Shown: in pieces, positions 6,498 through 15,641 of the stretch
Layout of the letters: each line of letters starts with the position of its first letter
How positions within the stretch are numbered: the first letter of the stretch is position 1
Origin: an uncultured Candidatus Saccharibacteria bacterium
GTDB taxonomy: Bacteria; Patescibacteriota; Saccharimonadia; Saccharimonadales; JAGQNK01
DNA length: 45,164 nucleotides
Direction of reading: 5' to 3'
Assembly (NCBI GenBank): GCA_964573155.1
Contig: CAZNIN010000003.1
Coordinates: forward strand, 1 to 45,164
Program-made: the position numbers and the translations under genes
The notes under the pieces: model-generated
Told to the model about the DNA's origin: nothing
What the model saw: the letters and a program-made list of their open reading frames with translations, nothing else
The model's database searches: none

Positions 6498-8420
6498 CTA
6501 TTTGAGCGAGCAGTAGAACCACCAACACTGCGCAGTAGCGCTCGTTCGTGCTTCGCCAGACACATTACCTGCGGCGTCACGAGCCTTAACGGTTATCGTG
6601 TACTGCTTATTAGCTTCCATTTCGGTGTAGCCGAAAGTGGTGTCCGTGGTTGTATATACCTTGCTTCCATTTGGTGATGTGACGGTAACCTGGTAGTCTC
6701 TTACCCCGACGTTATCTTTGGATGCACCCCAATTGAGCCTGAGCACATAGCGCATCCATTCAACATTCAGAGACCTTGAAAGATTTGTAGGAACACTTGG
6801 CGCCTGCTTGTCCGCAGTCGTAGAACCTCCGCCAGAAGTATCGCCGCCGCCATCCGAGGAAGGCCTAACTACTTTAAATGATTGCTTCGGAGATGTCGTA
6901 GTATTGCCCTCATTGTCTGTGGCTCGTACGTATACCGAGTAACTACCTGCGGAAAGCTCTCTCATGGTAACAGCGTACGGTGCTGATGTATCGGTACCTA
7001 GCCATTCATCATTCTGATCATAGAAGGACACGCGATCAATGCCATCGCTATCTTTGGCAGTAACACCGACCGTGACTGTAGCTGGAGCAGTATACGACGA
7101 GCTGAGATTACTGAATGTCACCGTGGGAGAACCGTTTGATTCTGTTGGTGTATCAGGCTCCGGTTCCGGCGTACCAGGGACCGTTACGCGGAATGTACGC
7201 TCATTACTCGTTGCAGACAAACCCTTCTTATCGGTGGCCTTAGCTGTGACAGTGTATGCTCCTTCCTGGAAAGTTGATGTCACGCTATACGGAGAGGTAG
7301 TATCTTCTCCAATTTTTACCGTACCGCGGTAGAACTCTACTTTCGCTATACCATCGCTATCGCTTGCAGTTGCTGTCAGTGTGACACTAGCAGGCGCAGT
7401 ATAGGCTGTCTGCAAGCTACCTAGAGAAACAGTAGGAGGTGTATTGGTTGTAGATCCACCGCCAGTGTTACTGGTGCCACCATCGCCACTACCATCTCCC
7501 AATGCATAGTAACGGAACCAATCGACTTCCATAGTCGCAGGCACACTCTTCTGACCGCCGTGCTCAGACGAAATGCCGTTGTTAAATATCACATAGTGTG
7601 GAGAGCTGGTGAGGTTACTTGAGTTACTGCCTACTTCTTTTCCATCGTAGTAGAAAGTTTGCTTACCTGCTTCACGTTTCAGACCGAAAATATGCCACCC
7701 ATCGTGTCTTGACATGACTGGATCTGTCGTACTGATACTGCGGTTGTTTGGTTCTATGTTGTAGTGATAATGCCAGTCAAGCTCCCCTCTGCTTCCACCG
7801 CCAAGTATTTCAAATATATCAATCTCGCCGTCTTGTGCCCAACCTCGGGAGTGCTGACCATTAGTCCAGAACGCTGGGAAGTTATAGCCGTACTTGCCAT
7901 CTCCAGGTATAAAGACTCTTGCTTCATAATAACCGTATTTAAAATCTTCTTTTTTGGACATAACAATGCCGGACACATATCTGGCCGGACCGTCTTCACG
8001 CGTATTACAGCCAGAGAAAGAACGCTGTTCGGCTTTTAGCTTAAGCGTACCGTTGCCCACAGAAACATTCTTGGGGTCGTAACAACTCTCTTCTCCGGTA
8101 TTAATTGGATTTGTTACGGCGCTATCACTGCCACCATGCCAATTTGGCTGCCATTTCGACAAGTCCAAACTTGTGCCGTTGAATTCGTCAGACCAAAGCA
8201 GCGCTCCAACTCCTTTGACTTCCCCAACAGGAATGGTTGCTGCCATAGAATATTTGTATGTAACAAAAGCACCGACAGCTATAAATACTGCGGCAAATAC
8301 AAAGATTCTGTTGTTGAGCAAGGATCCTAACCTACCAAATCTTGACAACGAACTCGACCCTCTGCTCTTTGTATTCGTTCTCGTGTTTCTTTTACTTTGC
8401 GTTTTTCTTGTTGCGGGCAT
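6498..8420 (-). CDS. membrane-anchored glycoside hydrolase family 16 (beta-glucanase/laminarinase-like) with two Ig-like modules and a C-terminal fibronectin-III-like module
   Basis: The GH16 catalytic motif ExDxxE is present as GEIDIFE. An N-terminal basic region is followed by one TM helix (IFVFAAVFIAVGAFVTY). Two paralogous ~80-aa modules are present (TAPASVTLTATASDSDGIAKVEFY... / TAPATVTVGVTAKDSDGIDRVSFY...). The FN3-like tail reads APSVPTNL...YTITVKARDAAGNVS. Confidence 0.85.
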   Translation of the reverse strand: MPATRKTQSKRNTRTNTKSRGSSSLSRFGRLGSLLNNRIFVFAAVFIAVGAFVTYKYSMAATIPVGEVKGVGALLWSDEFNGTSLDLSKWQPNWHGGSDSAVTNPINTGEESCYDPKNVSVGNGTLKLKAEQRSFSGCNTREDGPARYVSGIVMSKKEDFKYGYYEARVFIPGDGKYGYNFPAFWTNGQHSRGWAQDGEIDIFEILGGGSRGELDWHYHYNIEPNNRSISTTDPVMSRHDGWHIFGLKREAGKQTFYYDGKEVGSNSSNLTSSPHYVIFNNGISSEHGGQKSVPATMEVDWFRYYALGDGSGDGGTSNTGGGSTTNTPPTVSLGSLQTAYTAPASVTLTATASDSDGIAKVEFYRGTVKIGEDTTSPYSVTSTFQEGAYTVTAKATDKKGLSATSNERTFRVTVPGTPEPEPDTPTESNGSPTVTFSNLSSSYTAPATVTVGVTAKDSDGIDRVSFYDQNDEWLGTDTSAPYAVTMRELSAGSYSVYVRATDNEGNTTTSPKQSFKVVRPSSDGGGDTSGGGSTTADKQAPSVPTNLSRSLNVEWMRYVLRLNWGASKDNVGVRDYQVTVTSPNGSKVYTTTDTTFGYTEMEANKQYTITVKARDAAGNVSGEARTSATAQCWWFYCSLK

Positions 8421-8453
8421 TGTTATACCTTTATTTTATTACTGTTTTCTCTT

Positions 8454-8481
8454 AGTTTACAAAAACGTAAGCAATATGCAA
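8454..8481 (-). promoter_or_regulatory. candidate sigma70-type promoter for the GH16 gene
   Basis: On the minus strand: TTGCAT (8481-8476), a 16-nt spacer, then TAAACT (8459-8454). It lies about 35 nt upstream of the ATG at 8420. Confidence 0.35.
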
Positions 8482-8563
8482 GCTTCACCTACAGAACTAT
8501 CCTGCTTGACCTTGCGGTAAGATAATGTCGCGTATTTCATATCATTCATCTATGTGAGTAATT

Positions 8564-9991
8564 TTATTCGCGCCAAGCGCTCCATCCGCGCGTCATACCC
8601 TGACTTGTGCTTGCCCTAACTGCTGAATCGATTTCTTTCTGCAACTCCTGAAGGCTCATTGCATCACTTGGAATTTCCACACTGATGTTCTGCGCGTTAA
8701 TCTTGGTGTTCGTTGTCCATTCCATGGATGCCTCTTTTTCATCAGCTGTAATCTTCACTTTTGTTGGATATCGATTCTTTTTACTCACCCACAGCTCGAT
8801 AACTGGCTTTATATCCTCCTCCGTATCACCACCTTTACGTAAGTTATCAATTTCTTTGTCGATATCTTCCTGCTTGATTTCACAGGCGCTTTTCACCTCC
8901 GAGAATGACTCAAGCTCTACGAAATCCTTCACGAATCGTATGGCCGCCTCCTCGTTGAGGTCTAACTTGTAATGAAAACTACTGTCGCCATCAACTGTCT
9001 CGTCGGGGAGTTCTTCGGAAGCTATTGCAAACTGATTATTCTTGAATATCTCCTTGACGCGCTTTTTATCGGAGTCGGATATACGCAAATTTCCAAATGA
9101 TTCAGCGCACTTATCAAATTTCTCTTCCGACTGAACAAACCCGTATGCGGCTAGACTTTTATCATCGATTTTTATCCATTTGCCATCAATTTTCTGTATT
9201 AGCGGTTTGAAGCCCGCAGTCATTGAAGGTATGCTCGGATCAAGCTGCTCCACTTGTCGTACCGTCTTCTGGAGATCATTTAGACGCACATAGATTGCCT
9301 CATCACCCTGAACAACAACACTACCCGATACCGTCACGTCTATTTGCGGTCCAGCCTGGACACGCACGTCAGTCGTGACTTCTCCGGCTTTGCTGACTTG
9401 TTTGGCATCCATATTAACTGTCAGCTCTAATGGCATACCCGCTTCACTGGACTTCACCTTTATATTACTCATAAGGTGTAGGGGCTTTTTATCAAACACG
9501 TCTTTCATTGTATTTGCCAGCGCATCAGCTAGAACTTTTTCTGGAGAATTGTTCATTATGTTGACATACGCAAAAGCACTCCCACCTAGGCCCAATAGCA
9601 AAACTGCCGCTACGCCGACTAAAAGTTTCTTACCTGGGAGCTTACGCTTAGGTGCTTGAGGGGGAACCGAATTGCCCACATTTGGTGCCGGAGCTAAAGG
9701 TCCAGCAACATTCTGCTGTTCTGGCATAGGTGAAAATGATGAAGTTTGCTGGGGACCAAATACCTGCGGCCCGCTAGGCGCAGCAGGAGGTGTATTATTT
9801 TGTAAAGAATTTGGTGAAGAAGCCAAATCAGGTATTGGTGTATGTAGTGACGCTTCAGGCTCAGGAGCACTTGACTGCGGAGATGGCGCCGGTGCCGGCG
9901 GCGTCGCTGTTTGCTGGGGACCAAATACCTGCGGCTGCAGCGAAGCAGCGTCAGGATTATCATCCGGCGGAATATTTTGCTGTGGGTTCAT
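8564..9991 (-). CDS. single-pass membrane protein with a Pro/Gln-rich N-terminal region and a large C-terminal extracytoplasmic domain
   Basis: The N-terminal ~115 aa are P/Q/S/A-rich, with PQVFGPQQT occurring twice. A TM helix follows (LLVGVAAVLLLGLGGSAFAYV). The remaining ~330 aa are a charged mixed domain of unknown family. Confidence 0.6.
   Translation of the reverse strand: MNPQQNIPPDDNPDAASLQPQVFGPQQTATPPAPAPSPQSSAPEPEASLHTPIPDLASSPNSLQNNTPPAAPSGPQVFGPQQTSSFSPMPEQQNVAGPLAPAPNVGNSVPPQAPKRKLPGKKLLVGVAAVLLLGLGGSAFAYVNIMNNSPEKVLADALANTMKDVFDKKPLHLMSNIKVKSSEAGMPLELTVNMDAKQVSKAGEVTTDVRVQAGPQIDVTVSGSVVVQGDEAIYVRLNDLQKTVRQVEQLDPSIPSMTAGFKPLIQKIDGKWIKIDDKSLAAYGFVQSEEKFDKCAESFGNLRISDSDKKRVKEIFKNNQFAIASEELPDETVDGDSSFHYKLDLNEEAAIRFVKDFVELESFSEVKSACEIKQEDIDKEIDNLRKGGDTEEDIKPVIELWVSKKNRYPTKVKITADEKEASMEWTTNTKINAQNISVEIPSDAMSLQELQKEIDSAVRASTSQGMTRGWSAWRE
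9744..9935. repeat. exact 27-nt direct repeat inside the Pro-rich coding region (copies 9744-9770 and 9909-9935)
   Basis: GTTTGCTGGGGACCAAATACCTGCGGC occurs twice, 165 nt apart. On the minus strand both copies encode PQVFGPQQT. Confidence 0.85.
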
Positions 9992-10121
9992 AGTCTACCT
10001 TTACTTTTTGTGTTGTCAGTTAACTTTTATTAAACAGTACCGCTTTCCTTTGTCAAGTTTTTGGGCGTAATTTTCTTTTAAATACGTTACGACTTTTTCT
10101 AAAACTATTTTCCGCTCATGT

Positions 10122-10802
10122 GTGTCATGTGTAGTATTCTTGAATTATATGAAAGTACATCCAATTAGTCGCTCCGAGCTATGGCTTGCTCAAAGCGCTT
10201 TAATATTCGCTATTATCCTCCAGGTTGCCGCATGGCATTTAAGTCCTGAGTTATCATATGGGCCGCACGGAGTCATAATCATCACGGAAGTTGCCCTCCT
10301 CGTCATAATCAGCCTTACGGCCAGTACACGACACATAAGGCCGAATTCTCTTTATCGAACCCTTTCGGTAATATTGCTCGGCATCATCTCGCTTGCGAAT
10401 ATAGATTCGTTCTTTCTGGTTGTGCGACTACTTTTGACGGAGGGCATGGCGCTTTCTGGTCGTGAGCTGATTGTATCGGCAATTGCAATATTCTTGACAA
10501 ACATCGTTATTTTTTCCCTTTGGTACTGGGAGATCGACAGCCCGGGCCTAAGTGGACGAAAGTGGTCAAAGCACGATAAGGACTTTCAGTTTACGCAGCA
10601 GAACATGCGTAAAGATTTTCCTGATTGGCAGCCAAGTTTTGTTGATTATTTATATCTTTCCGTTACCAACGCAATTAATTTTGCTCCCGCTGACGCAAAA
10701 CCGATTACATCACAGGCAAAACTTCTTATGGGTCTTCAGGCGCTAATCTCTGTTTTTACACTAGCACTTATCCTGGCTCGTTCGGTCAGTATCCTAAACT
10801 AA
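10122..10802 (+). CDS. multi-pass membrane protein (possibly DUF1345-like)
   Basis: ORF with 4-5 hydrophobic helices. The C-terminal segment FVDYLYLSVTNAINFAPADAKPITSQAKLLMGLQALISVFTLALILARSV loosely recalls DUF1345. The start is uncertain (GTG 10122 or ATG 10149). Confidence 0.45.
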   Translation: MSCVVFLNYMKVHPISRSELWLAQSALIFAIILQVAAWHLSPELSYGPHGVIIITEVALLVIISLTASTRHIRPNSLYRTLSVILLGIISLANIDSFFLVVRLLLTEGMALSGRELIVSAIAIFLTNIVIFSLWYWEIDSPGLSGRKWSKHDKDFQFTQQNMRKDFPDWQPSFVDYLYLSVTNAINFAPADAKPITSQAKLLMGLQALISVFTLALILARSVSILN

Positions 10803-10816
10803 CGCGAGTTAGAAAT

Positions 10817-11980
10817 ATGCACAAAAAAATACCGCACACAAAGCATCAGCTACCAAAAAATTATCACGCGATTACCACTTCATCGTATCAGCCAAACAAA
10901 CACAATCCAGATGAACCTCAACGGAATCTGCGGCAGAAAAAGACACGCCCTGTCTGGAAAAGGATGTTCTTTTTGGTCTTCGGTATATGTTTCGGCATAT
11001 TGTTGACGATAGTGATATGGGATATTCGAAATTTTTCTAACGCGAGTCAGAAACTATTCGGCACCGATAATGCCTGGGAAGTTTTCCGCACACAAGAACT
11101 GAAGCGAACCCTTAGCGGCAGAACAAACATCCTACTGGTTGGATATTCTATCGATGATCCTGGACACGGCGGTGCCAATCTAACCGACTCGATTCTCGTT
11201 GTCAGCCTCGATAGAACAAAGCAATCGGGATTTATGCTGAGCGTACCAAGAGATCTGTATGTTGATATTCCCGGCTATGGAGCTGCAAAAATTAACGAAG
11301 CATACCAGGCAGGGGAAGCTATCAAATTTCGTGAAAGTGGACGACCTCGTGGCGGCATGGGGTTGCTACAAAAAGTCATTACTAATACCTTGGGCATAGA
11401 GCTGCATTACTATGCGCTCATAAACTACACATCCGTCAAAGAAGTCGTCGACGCACTCGGCGGCATCGACGTCACCATACAAAACGAAGATCCACGCGGC
11501 ATATACGATCCGAACTTTCCACCAGAGCAAGGAGGTCCGCTCAGGCTAGCCAATGGCGTACATACTATCGATGGCCAAACTGCGCTGCGATTAACGCGAG
11601 CGCGTGGCGCCACATATGGATCCTACGGTTTCCCACGATCAGACTTCAATCGCACACAACACCAACAGCAAGTGTTCATGGCTATCAAACACAAGCTGGA
11701 CTGGAAACTCGTCCTCGATCCCCGCACTAACGGAGAAATATTCGAAGCTGCTGGCAGTAATATCAAGACAGACCTTAAAATTGGTGAAGTCATACCGTTT
11801 TACCGGCTCATCACCAGCGTACCGAATGGTGACTTGAAACCAATCTCGCTCGGCGACATCAACAAGGAGAGCCTGTTGGTCGGCTATACAACGCCAGAAG
11901 GTCTATCAGCGCTCATACCACGCACGGGCATAGCTGATTACACTGAAATCCAATCAGTTATAAAAAACCTTGGCAAATAA
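10817..11980 (+). CDS. LytR-CpsA-Psr (LCP) family cell-wall polymer ligase, membrane anchored
   Basis: An N-terminal TM helix is followed by the LCP core: NILLVGYSIDDPGHGGANLTDSILVVSLDRTKQSGFMLSVPRDLYVDIPGYGAAKINEAYQ ... LRLTRAR. Confidence 0.85.
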   Translation: MHKKIPHTKHQLPKNYHAITTSSYQPNKHNPDEPQRNLRQKKTRPVWKRMFFLVFGICFGILLTIVIWDIRNFSNASQKLFGTDNAWEVFRTQELKRTLSGRTNILLVGYSIDDPGHGGANLTDSILVVSLDRTKQSGFMLSVPRDLYVDIPGYGAAKINEAYQAGEAIKFRESGRPRGGMGLLQKVITNTLGIELHYYALINYTSVKEVVDALGGIDVTIQNEDPRGIYDPNFPPEQGGPLRLANGVHTIDGQTALRLTRARGATYGSYGFPRSDFNRTQHQQQVFMAIKHKLDWKLVLDPRTNGEIFEAAGSNIKTDLKIGEVIPFYRLITSVPNGDLKPISLGDINKESLLVGYTTPEGLSALIPRTGIADYTEIQSVIKNLGK

Positions 11981-12147
11981 CTTTTCGTATTATCTTTCAT
12001 TTCCCCACATTTCTATATTCGTAGTCGCCACGGCCTGGCGAAGCAGAGAAAAATATGTCGACTCGACATCAAGATACTTATGATTTTATATACATGCAGT
12101 TTGCTGTCACAGAATGTACAGCGAAATACCACACATACATCAGGGTA

Positions 12148-12396
12148 TTAGTTCATATCAGGATCGATCTTGGCCGCCTGCTTTTTCGCAGAATCGTATA
12201 TTTTTCTTATCACTTTTTTAGCCTCTTCCAGTCGCTTTTCAGCCCACTCAAACTCTAGTGAAAGCACAAAAAAGGCAAGGAGACTCACCAAGACACCTGG
12301 CCCTGGCAGTGGTATCAGCACAATGCCAAGTGCAAGGAGCGGAAAACCAATAAGCGCAATGACGAGCTTTTTGAATACTATTCGAACCTTTTTCAT
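12148..12396 (-). CDS. PGPGW-motif small transmembrane protein
   Basis: GFPLLALGIVLIPLPGPGVLVSLLAFFVLSLEFEWA matches the PGPGW family pattern. The ATG at 12396 is preceded by GGAG. The ORF-track start at 12426 is a TTG. Confidence 0.6.
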   Translation of the reverse strand: MKKVRIVFKKLVIALIGFPLLALGIVLIPLPGPGVLVSLLAFFVLSLEFEWAEKRLEEAKKVIRKIYDSAKKQAAKIDPDMN

Positions 12397-12527
12397 ACGC
12401 CTGCTCCAACTAGAGGTTTGTGACAAGCGTAATTATAAGGCAGGAATTTGTATGAGATGTAAGAAACTTCACAGTTTCAGGCACACCATTGAGCGATAGT
12501 AGTATAGGTAATTCAAAGGAGCAATCT

Positions 12528-12716
12528 ATGACACAAACCCAAACAGCAGAAGTACAAAAATACATAACGAGTCTTGCATATCCATGCAGTCGAGACGAGC
12601 TCGCAGCGCATGCTCGACAGCATGGCGCCAGCCGCAATGTTGTCAAGGCAATCTTGTCGTTGCCGTATGATTATTTCACTACCCCGTATGCAGTCCAGGA
12701 CGCCATGCGTGAATAA
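12528..12716 (+). CDS. DUF2795-like small protein
   Basis: YPCSRDELAAHARQHGASRNVVKAILSLPYDYFTTPYAVQDAM fits the DUF2795 pattern. The ATG at 12528 is preceded by AAAGGAG (12516-12522). The ORF-track start at 12489 is a TTG. Confidence 0.65.
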   Translation: MTQTQTAEVQKYITSLAYPCSRDELAAHARQHGASRNVVKAILSLPYDYFTTPYAVQDAMRE

Positions 12717-12862
12717 AGGTGACGCCACCTCAAATCTGCGCTGAAAAATAGAATTTTACATTGCTCACAATCTCTTGCTGATCTTCTGAAGGTTATCGAG
12801 GCAAATCTTACAGACCAAGTGACTCTTTTGACCTATAGTACATAATGCAAAGGAGGTCATCA

Positions 12863-13351
12863 ATGGATAAGGGATATTACCGTGCCGCAGTTGACAATAC
12901 TACCCATGCACCAGGACAAATTCGCAAACACAAAGCCATGGACGAATCAGCCGTCGAGTTAGCGCAAACCATAAACAGCTCCCACGAAGTATTGATCCGT
13001 GCTACCACCGTCTTCCCTTTTACTCTTTTTCCAGACACCATAACACTCGATCGCGCAAAGCTTACTATCGCTCATCGTGAATTTTTCTGGACGAGTGAAG
13101 TTATGAGCATTCGTATAGAAGACATTCTCAATGTAACTGTGGATGTTGGTCCATTTTTTGGCTCTCTCAAGATTTTCACGCGCTTTTTCAATACTGACAA
13201 ACCATATACTGTCAGCTTTTTGCGACGTAACGATGCACTCAAAATAAAACGGATACTGCAAGGTTACATTATCGCCCTGCAAAAAAATATCGATTGTTCT
13301 ACGCTACCCACCACCGAACTCGCCAACATGCTTGGCGATTTGGGCAAGTAG
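12863..13351 (+). CDS. bPH (bacterial PH)-like domain protein
   Basis: The ATG at 12863 is preceded by AGGAGG (12851-12856). The core TITLDRAKLTIAHREFFWTSEVMSIRIEDILNVTVDVGPFFGSLKIFT resembles bPH/YdbT-like domains. Confidence 0.5.
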   Translation: MDKGYYRAAVDNTTHAPGQIRKHKAMDESAVELAQTINSSHEVLIRATTVFPFTLFPDTITLDRAKLTIAHREFFWTSEVMSIRIEDILNVTVDVGPFFGSLKIFTRFFNTDKPYTVSFLRRNDALKIKRILQGYIIALQKNIDCSTLPTTELANMLGDLGK

Positions 13352-13413
13352 ATTCTATTACAATGAAGAAATTTCATTCATCAACAGCAGACCTCGTTTG
13401 ACTCATTACACTC

Positions 13414-15186
13414 ATGCCGGTGTACTATATAATTATGTATTTCGTAAATGCACGTAAGCGGCTTACTTCGAGCAACCTACTACTCCACCTACTGCCAACT
13501 GGCGCTGTTTTCATTACGATGATTGCCTTGACCATCTTGAGCTGGCGCAATGCCGAGGAGGCTTTCAGAGCTGAGCGACAAACTTCTATTAATAATGTCG
13601 TGAGCGAAACAAGAAACGGAATCAGTGACCGACTGGAATCCTACCAGCTCGTTTTGCTAGGAGCTTCTGGTTTATTTGTCGCATCCGACGATGTATCCCG
13701 TGACGAATGGCGAAAATTTATACGTAGTTTTGATATTCAAAAAAATTATCCTGGCGTAAAAGGGATAGGATATATGGTTAACGCTACTCAAGAAGAACTG
13801 CCGGGTATCATACGAGATATTCGAGCAGACGGGTTCAAGGATGCAAAAATCCATCCCAACACTAAGGCCAGCAATTATGCCATTACAAAGTATTTTATCC
13901 CCCAACATCCTTCGGGGCTCGGCTATAATATGCTTTCTCATCCTGCCAGGCAGTTTGCGATACAATCAGCCAAAGAAACCGGCAACGCAACAATCAGCGA
14001 CAGAGTAACGTACACAAAAACCGAGATGCCTTTTAGCGGCGTTGGTTTTTCGATGTACCTACCAGTCTGGGCGGACAGCGGGCAGCAAATTAAAGCTCCG
14101 ACGGAAAGAAATCTTCGCGGATATGTATTCGCGCCATTCCTAGCCGACGATTTGTTTGCAGCAGCATTGGAGCATAGCTCAAGCGGTCTGCATGGGCTTC
14201 GAATATATGATGGTAAAATTAGCGACGACACGTTGCTATATCAAACAGACAACTTCACATCGCTAGACGGTAGCAAAGCGTTGAAACATACCGAAAAGCT
14301 GACTCTTTTCGGACAAGAATGGATTATAGACTACCGCTTTTCACCTGGCATTATTGCAGAAACTACGCGAAACCGTCCACTTACCGCTCTGGTTGCCGGC
14401 ACAATGCTAAGCGTTTTGTTATCCGGTTTTGTACTGACACTGCTTGTGGCGAGGACAAGAGTATTGGCACATAGCAAGCAAGTCGAAATCCAATCCGCAA
14501 AAGACGAACTGCTTTCTTTAGCCTCACATCAATTGCGCACACCAGCCACATCAGTGAAGCAGTATGTAGGCATGGTTCTGGAGGGCTTTGCTGGCAAACT
14601 TACCAGACAACAAGCAGCGCTTCTCGACAAAGCATATGAGAGCAATGAAAGACAGCTCCATATTATTAACGAGATCCTCTACGTGGCTAAAATTGATGCC
14701 AAGGGTATCGTATTGACACCAAGACGACTCAATATTAATAAATTATTACGAGAACTAACCCAGGAACTTTCAGTTACAGCCAAAAAGAGTAAACAGAAAA
14801 TACGGTTACTCATGCCAAAAAAACAAGTTCACATAGAGGCAGATGAGCACAGCTTACGTATGGCGCTGGAAAACCTCATCAGTAATGCACTCAAATACTC
14901 TCACGAGAACACTACAACGACCGTCAAGCTCTTCGTCAAAGATAATGAGATTAATATTACAGTCAGGGACAAGGGCGTTGGTATCGCCGCCGAAGATCTG
15001 CCACTACTTTTTCAGCGCTTTTCACGCATACCAAACGAGCTGTCTAAACAAACGAGTGGTAGTGGCATAGGCCTATACCTTAGTCAGCAATTAATCCAGC
15101 TTCATGGCGGGGATATCGAAGTCAGTTCTATGAAGGACAAGGGAACCACATTTACGGTCATCTTGCCAAAAGTTCACACGTCATAG
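13414..15186 (+). CDS. sensor histidine kinase with an extracytoplasmic CHASE-like domain
   Basis: Two TM segments flank a ~280-aa CHASE-like domain (DEWRKFIRSFDIQKNYPGVKGIGY...). The H-box is SLASHQLRTPATSVKQY. The HATPase_c region has N/G boxes (ISNALKYS, DKGVGI, GSGIGLYLS). Confidence 0.85.
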   Translation: MPVYYIIMYFVNARKRLTSSNLLLHLLPTGAVFITMIALTILSWRNAEEAFRAERQTSINNVVSETRNGISDRLESYQLVLLGASGLFVASDDVSRDEWRKFIRSFDIQKNYPGVKGIGYMVNATQEELPGIIRDIRADGFKDAKIHPNTKASNYAITKYFIPQHPSGLGYNMLSHPARQFAIQSAKETGNATISDRVTYTKTEMPFSGVGFSMYLPVWADSGQQIKAPTERNLRGYVFAPFLADDLFAAALEHSSSGLHGLRIYDGKISDDTLLYQTDNFTSLDGSKALKHTEKLTLFGQEWIIDYRFSPGIIAETTRNRPLTALVAGTMLSVLLSGFVLTLLVARTRVLAHSKQVEIQSAKDELLSLASHQLRTPATSVKQYVGMVLEGFAGKLTRQQAALLDKAYESNERQLHIINEILYVAKIDAKGIVLTPRRLNINKLLRELTQELSVTAKKSKQKIRLLMPKKQVHIEADEHSLRMALENLISNALKYSHENTTTTVKLFVKDNEINITVRDKGVGIAAEDLPLLFQRFSRIPNELSKQTSGSGIGLYLSQQLIQLHGGDIEVSSMKDKGTTFTVILPKVHTS

Positions 15187-15243
15187 AGAAGTCAATCTTT
15201 GCAAAATAAGGTTTACTGGACAGATTCGGGTATAATACATGTG

Positions 15244-15621
15244 ATGGCAACTATATTAATCGTAGAAGACGAACAAAATCTTAATGAAGCCTACCAGATG
15301 ATTCTTCAGCATCAGGGGCATGAAATTCTCGCGGCATACGACGGCACTGAAGCACTCAAGATCACGGAAAAGGTAGAGCCGGATCTTATTTTGTTAGACC
15401 TTAGGATGCCTCAAATGGGCGGTGTCGATTTTCTGAAAAAGTATAATCTGAAGCAAAATCATCCGAACGTAAAGGTCGTTATATTTAGCAATCTCGATAC
15501 CCAGCACGAAATCGATGAAGCATATAGGCTTGGTGCCGAAAAATACATGCTGAAAGCATGGGCTTCTCCAAAGGAACTCATCCAGCTCGTAAACAGCTTA
15601 CTCAAAACCAAAAAGAAATAG
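15244..15621 (+). CDS. stand-alone response-regulator receiver (CheY-like, no output domain)
   Basis: MATILIVEDE...PDLILLDLRMPQMGG...KVVIFSN...KYMLKAW is a receiver domain only. The ATG at 15244 is preferred over the longer ORF-track start at 15199. Confidence 0.85.
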   Translation: MATILIVEDEQNLNEAYQMILQHQGHEILAAYDGTEALKITEKVEPDLILLDLRMPQMGGVDFLKKYNLKQNHPNVKVVIFSNLDTQHEIDEAYRLGAEKYMLKAWASPKELIQLVNSLLKTKKK

Positions 15622-15641
15622 ACTACGATAGCTTAGGCGTC

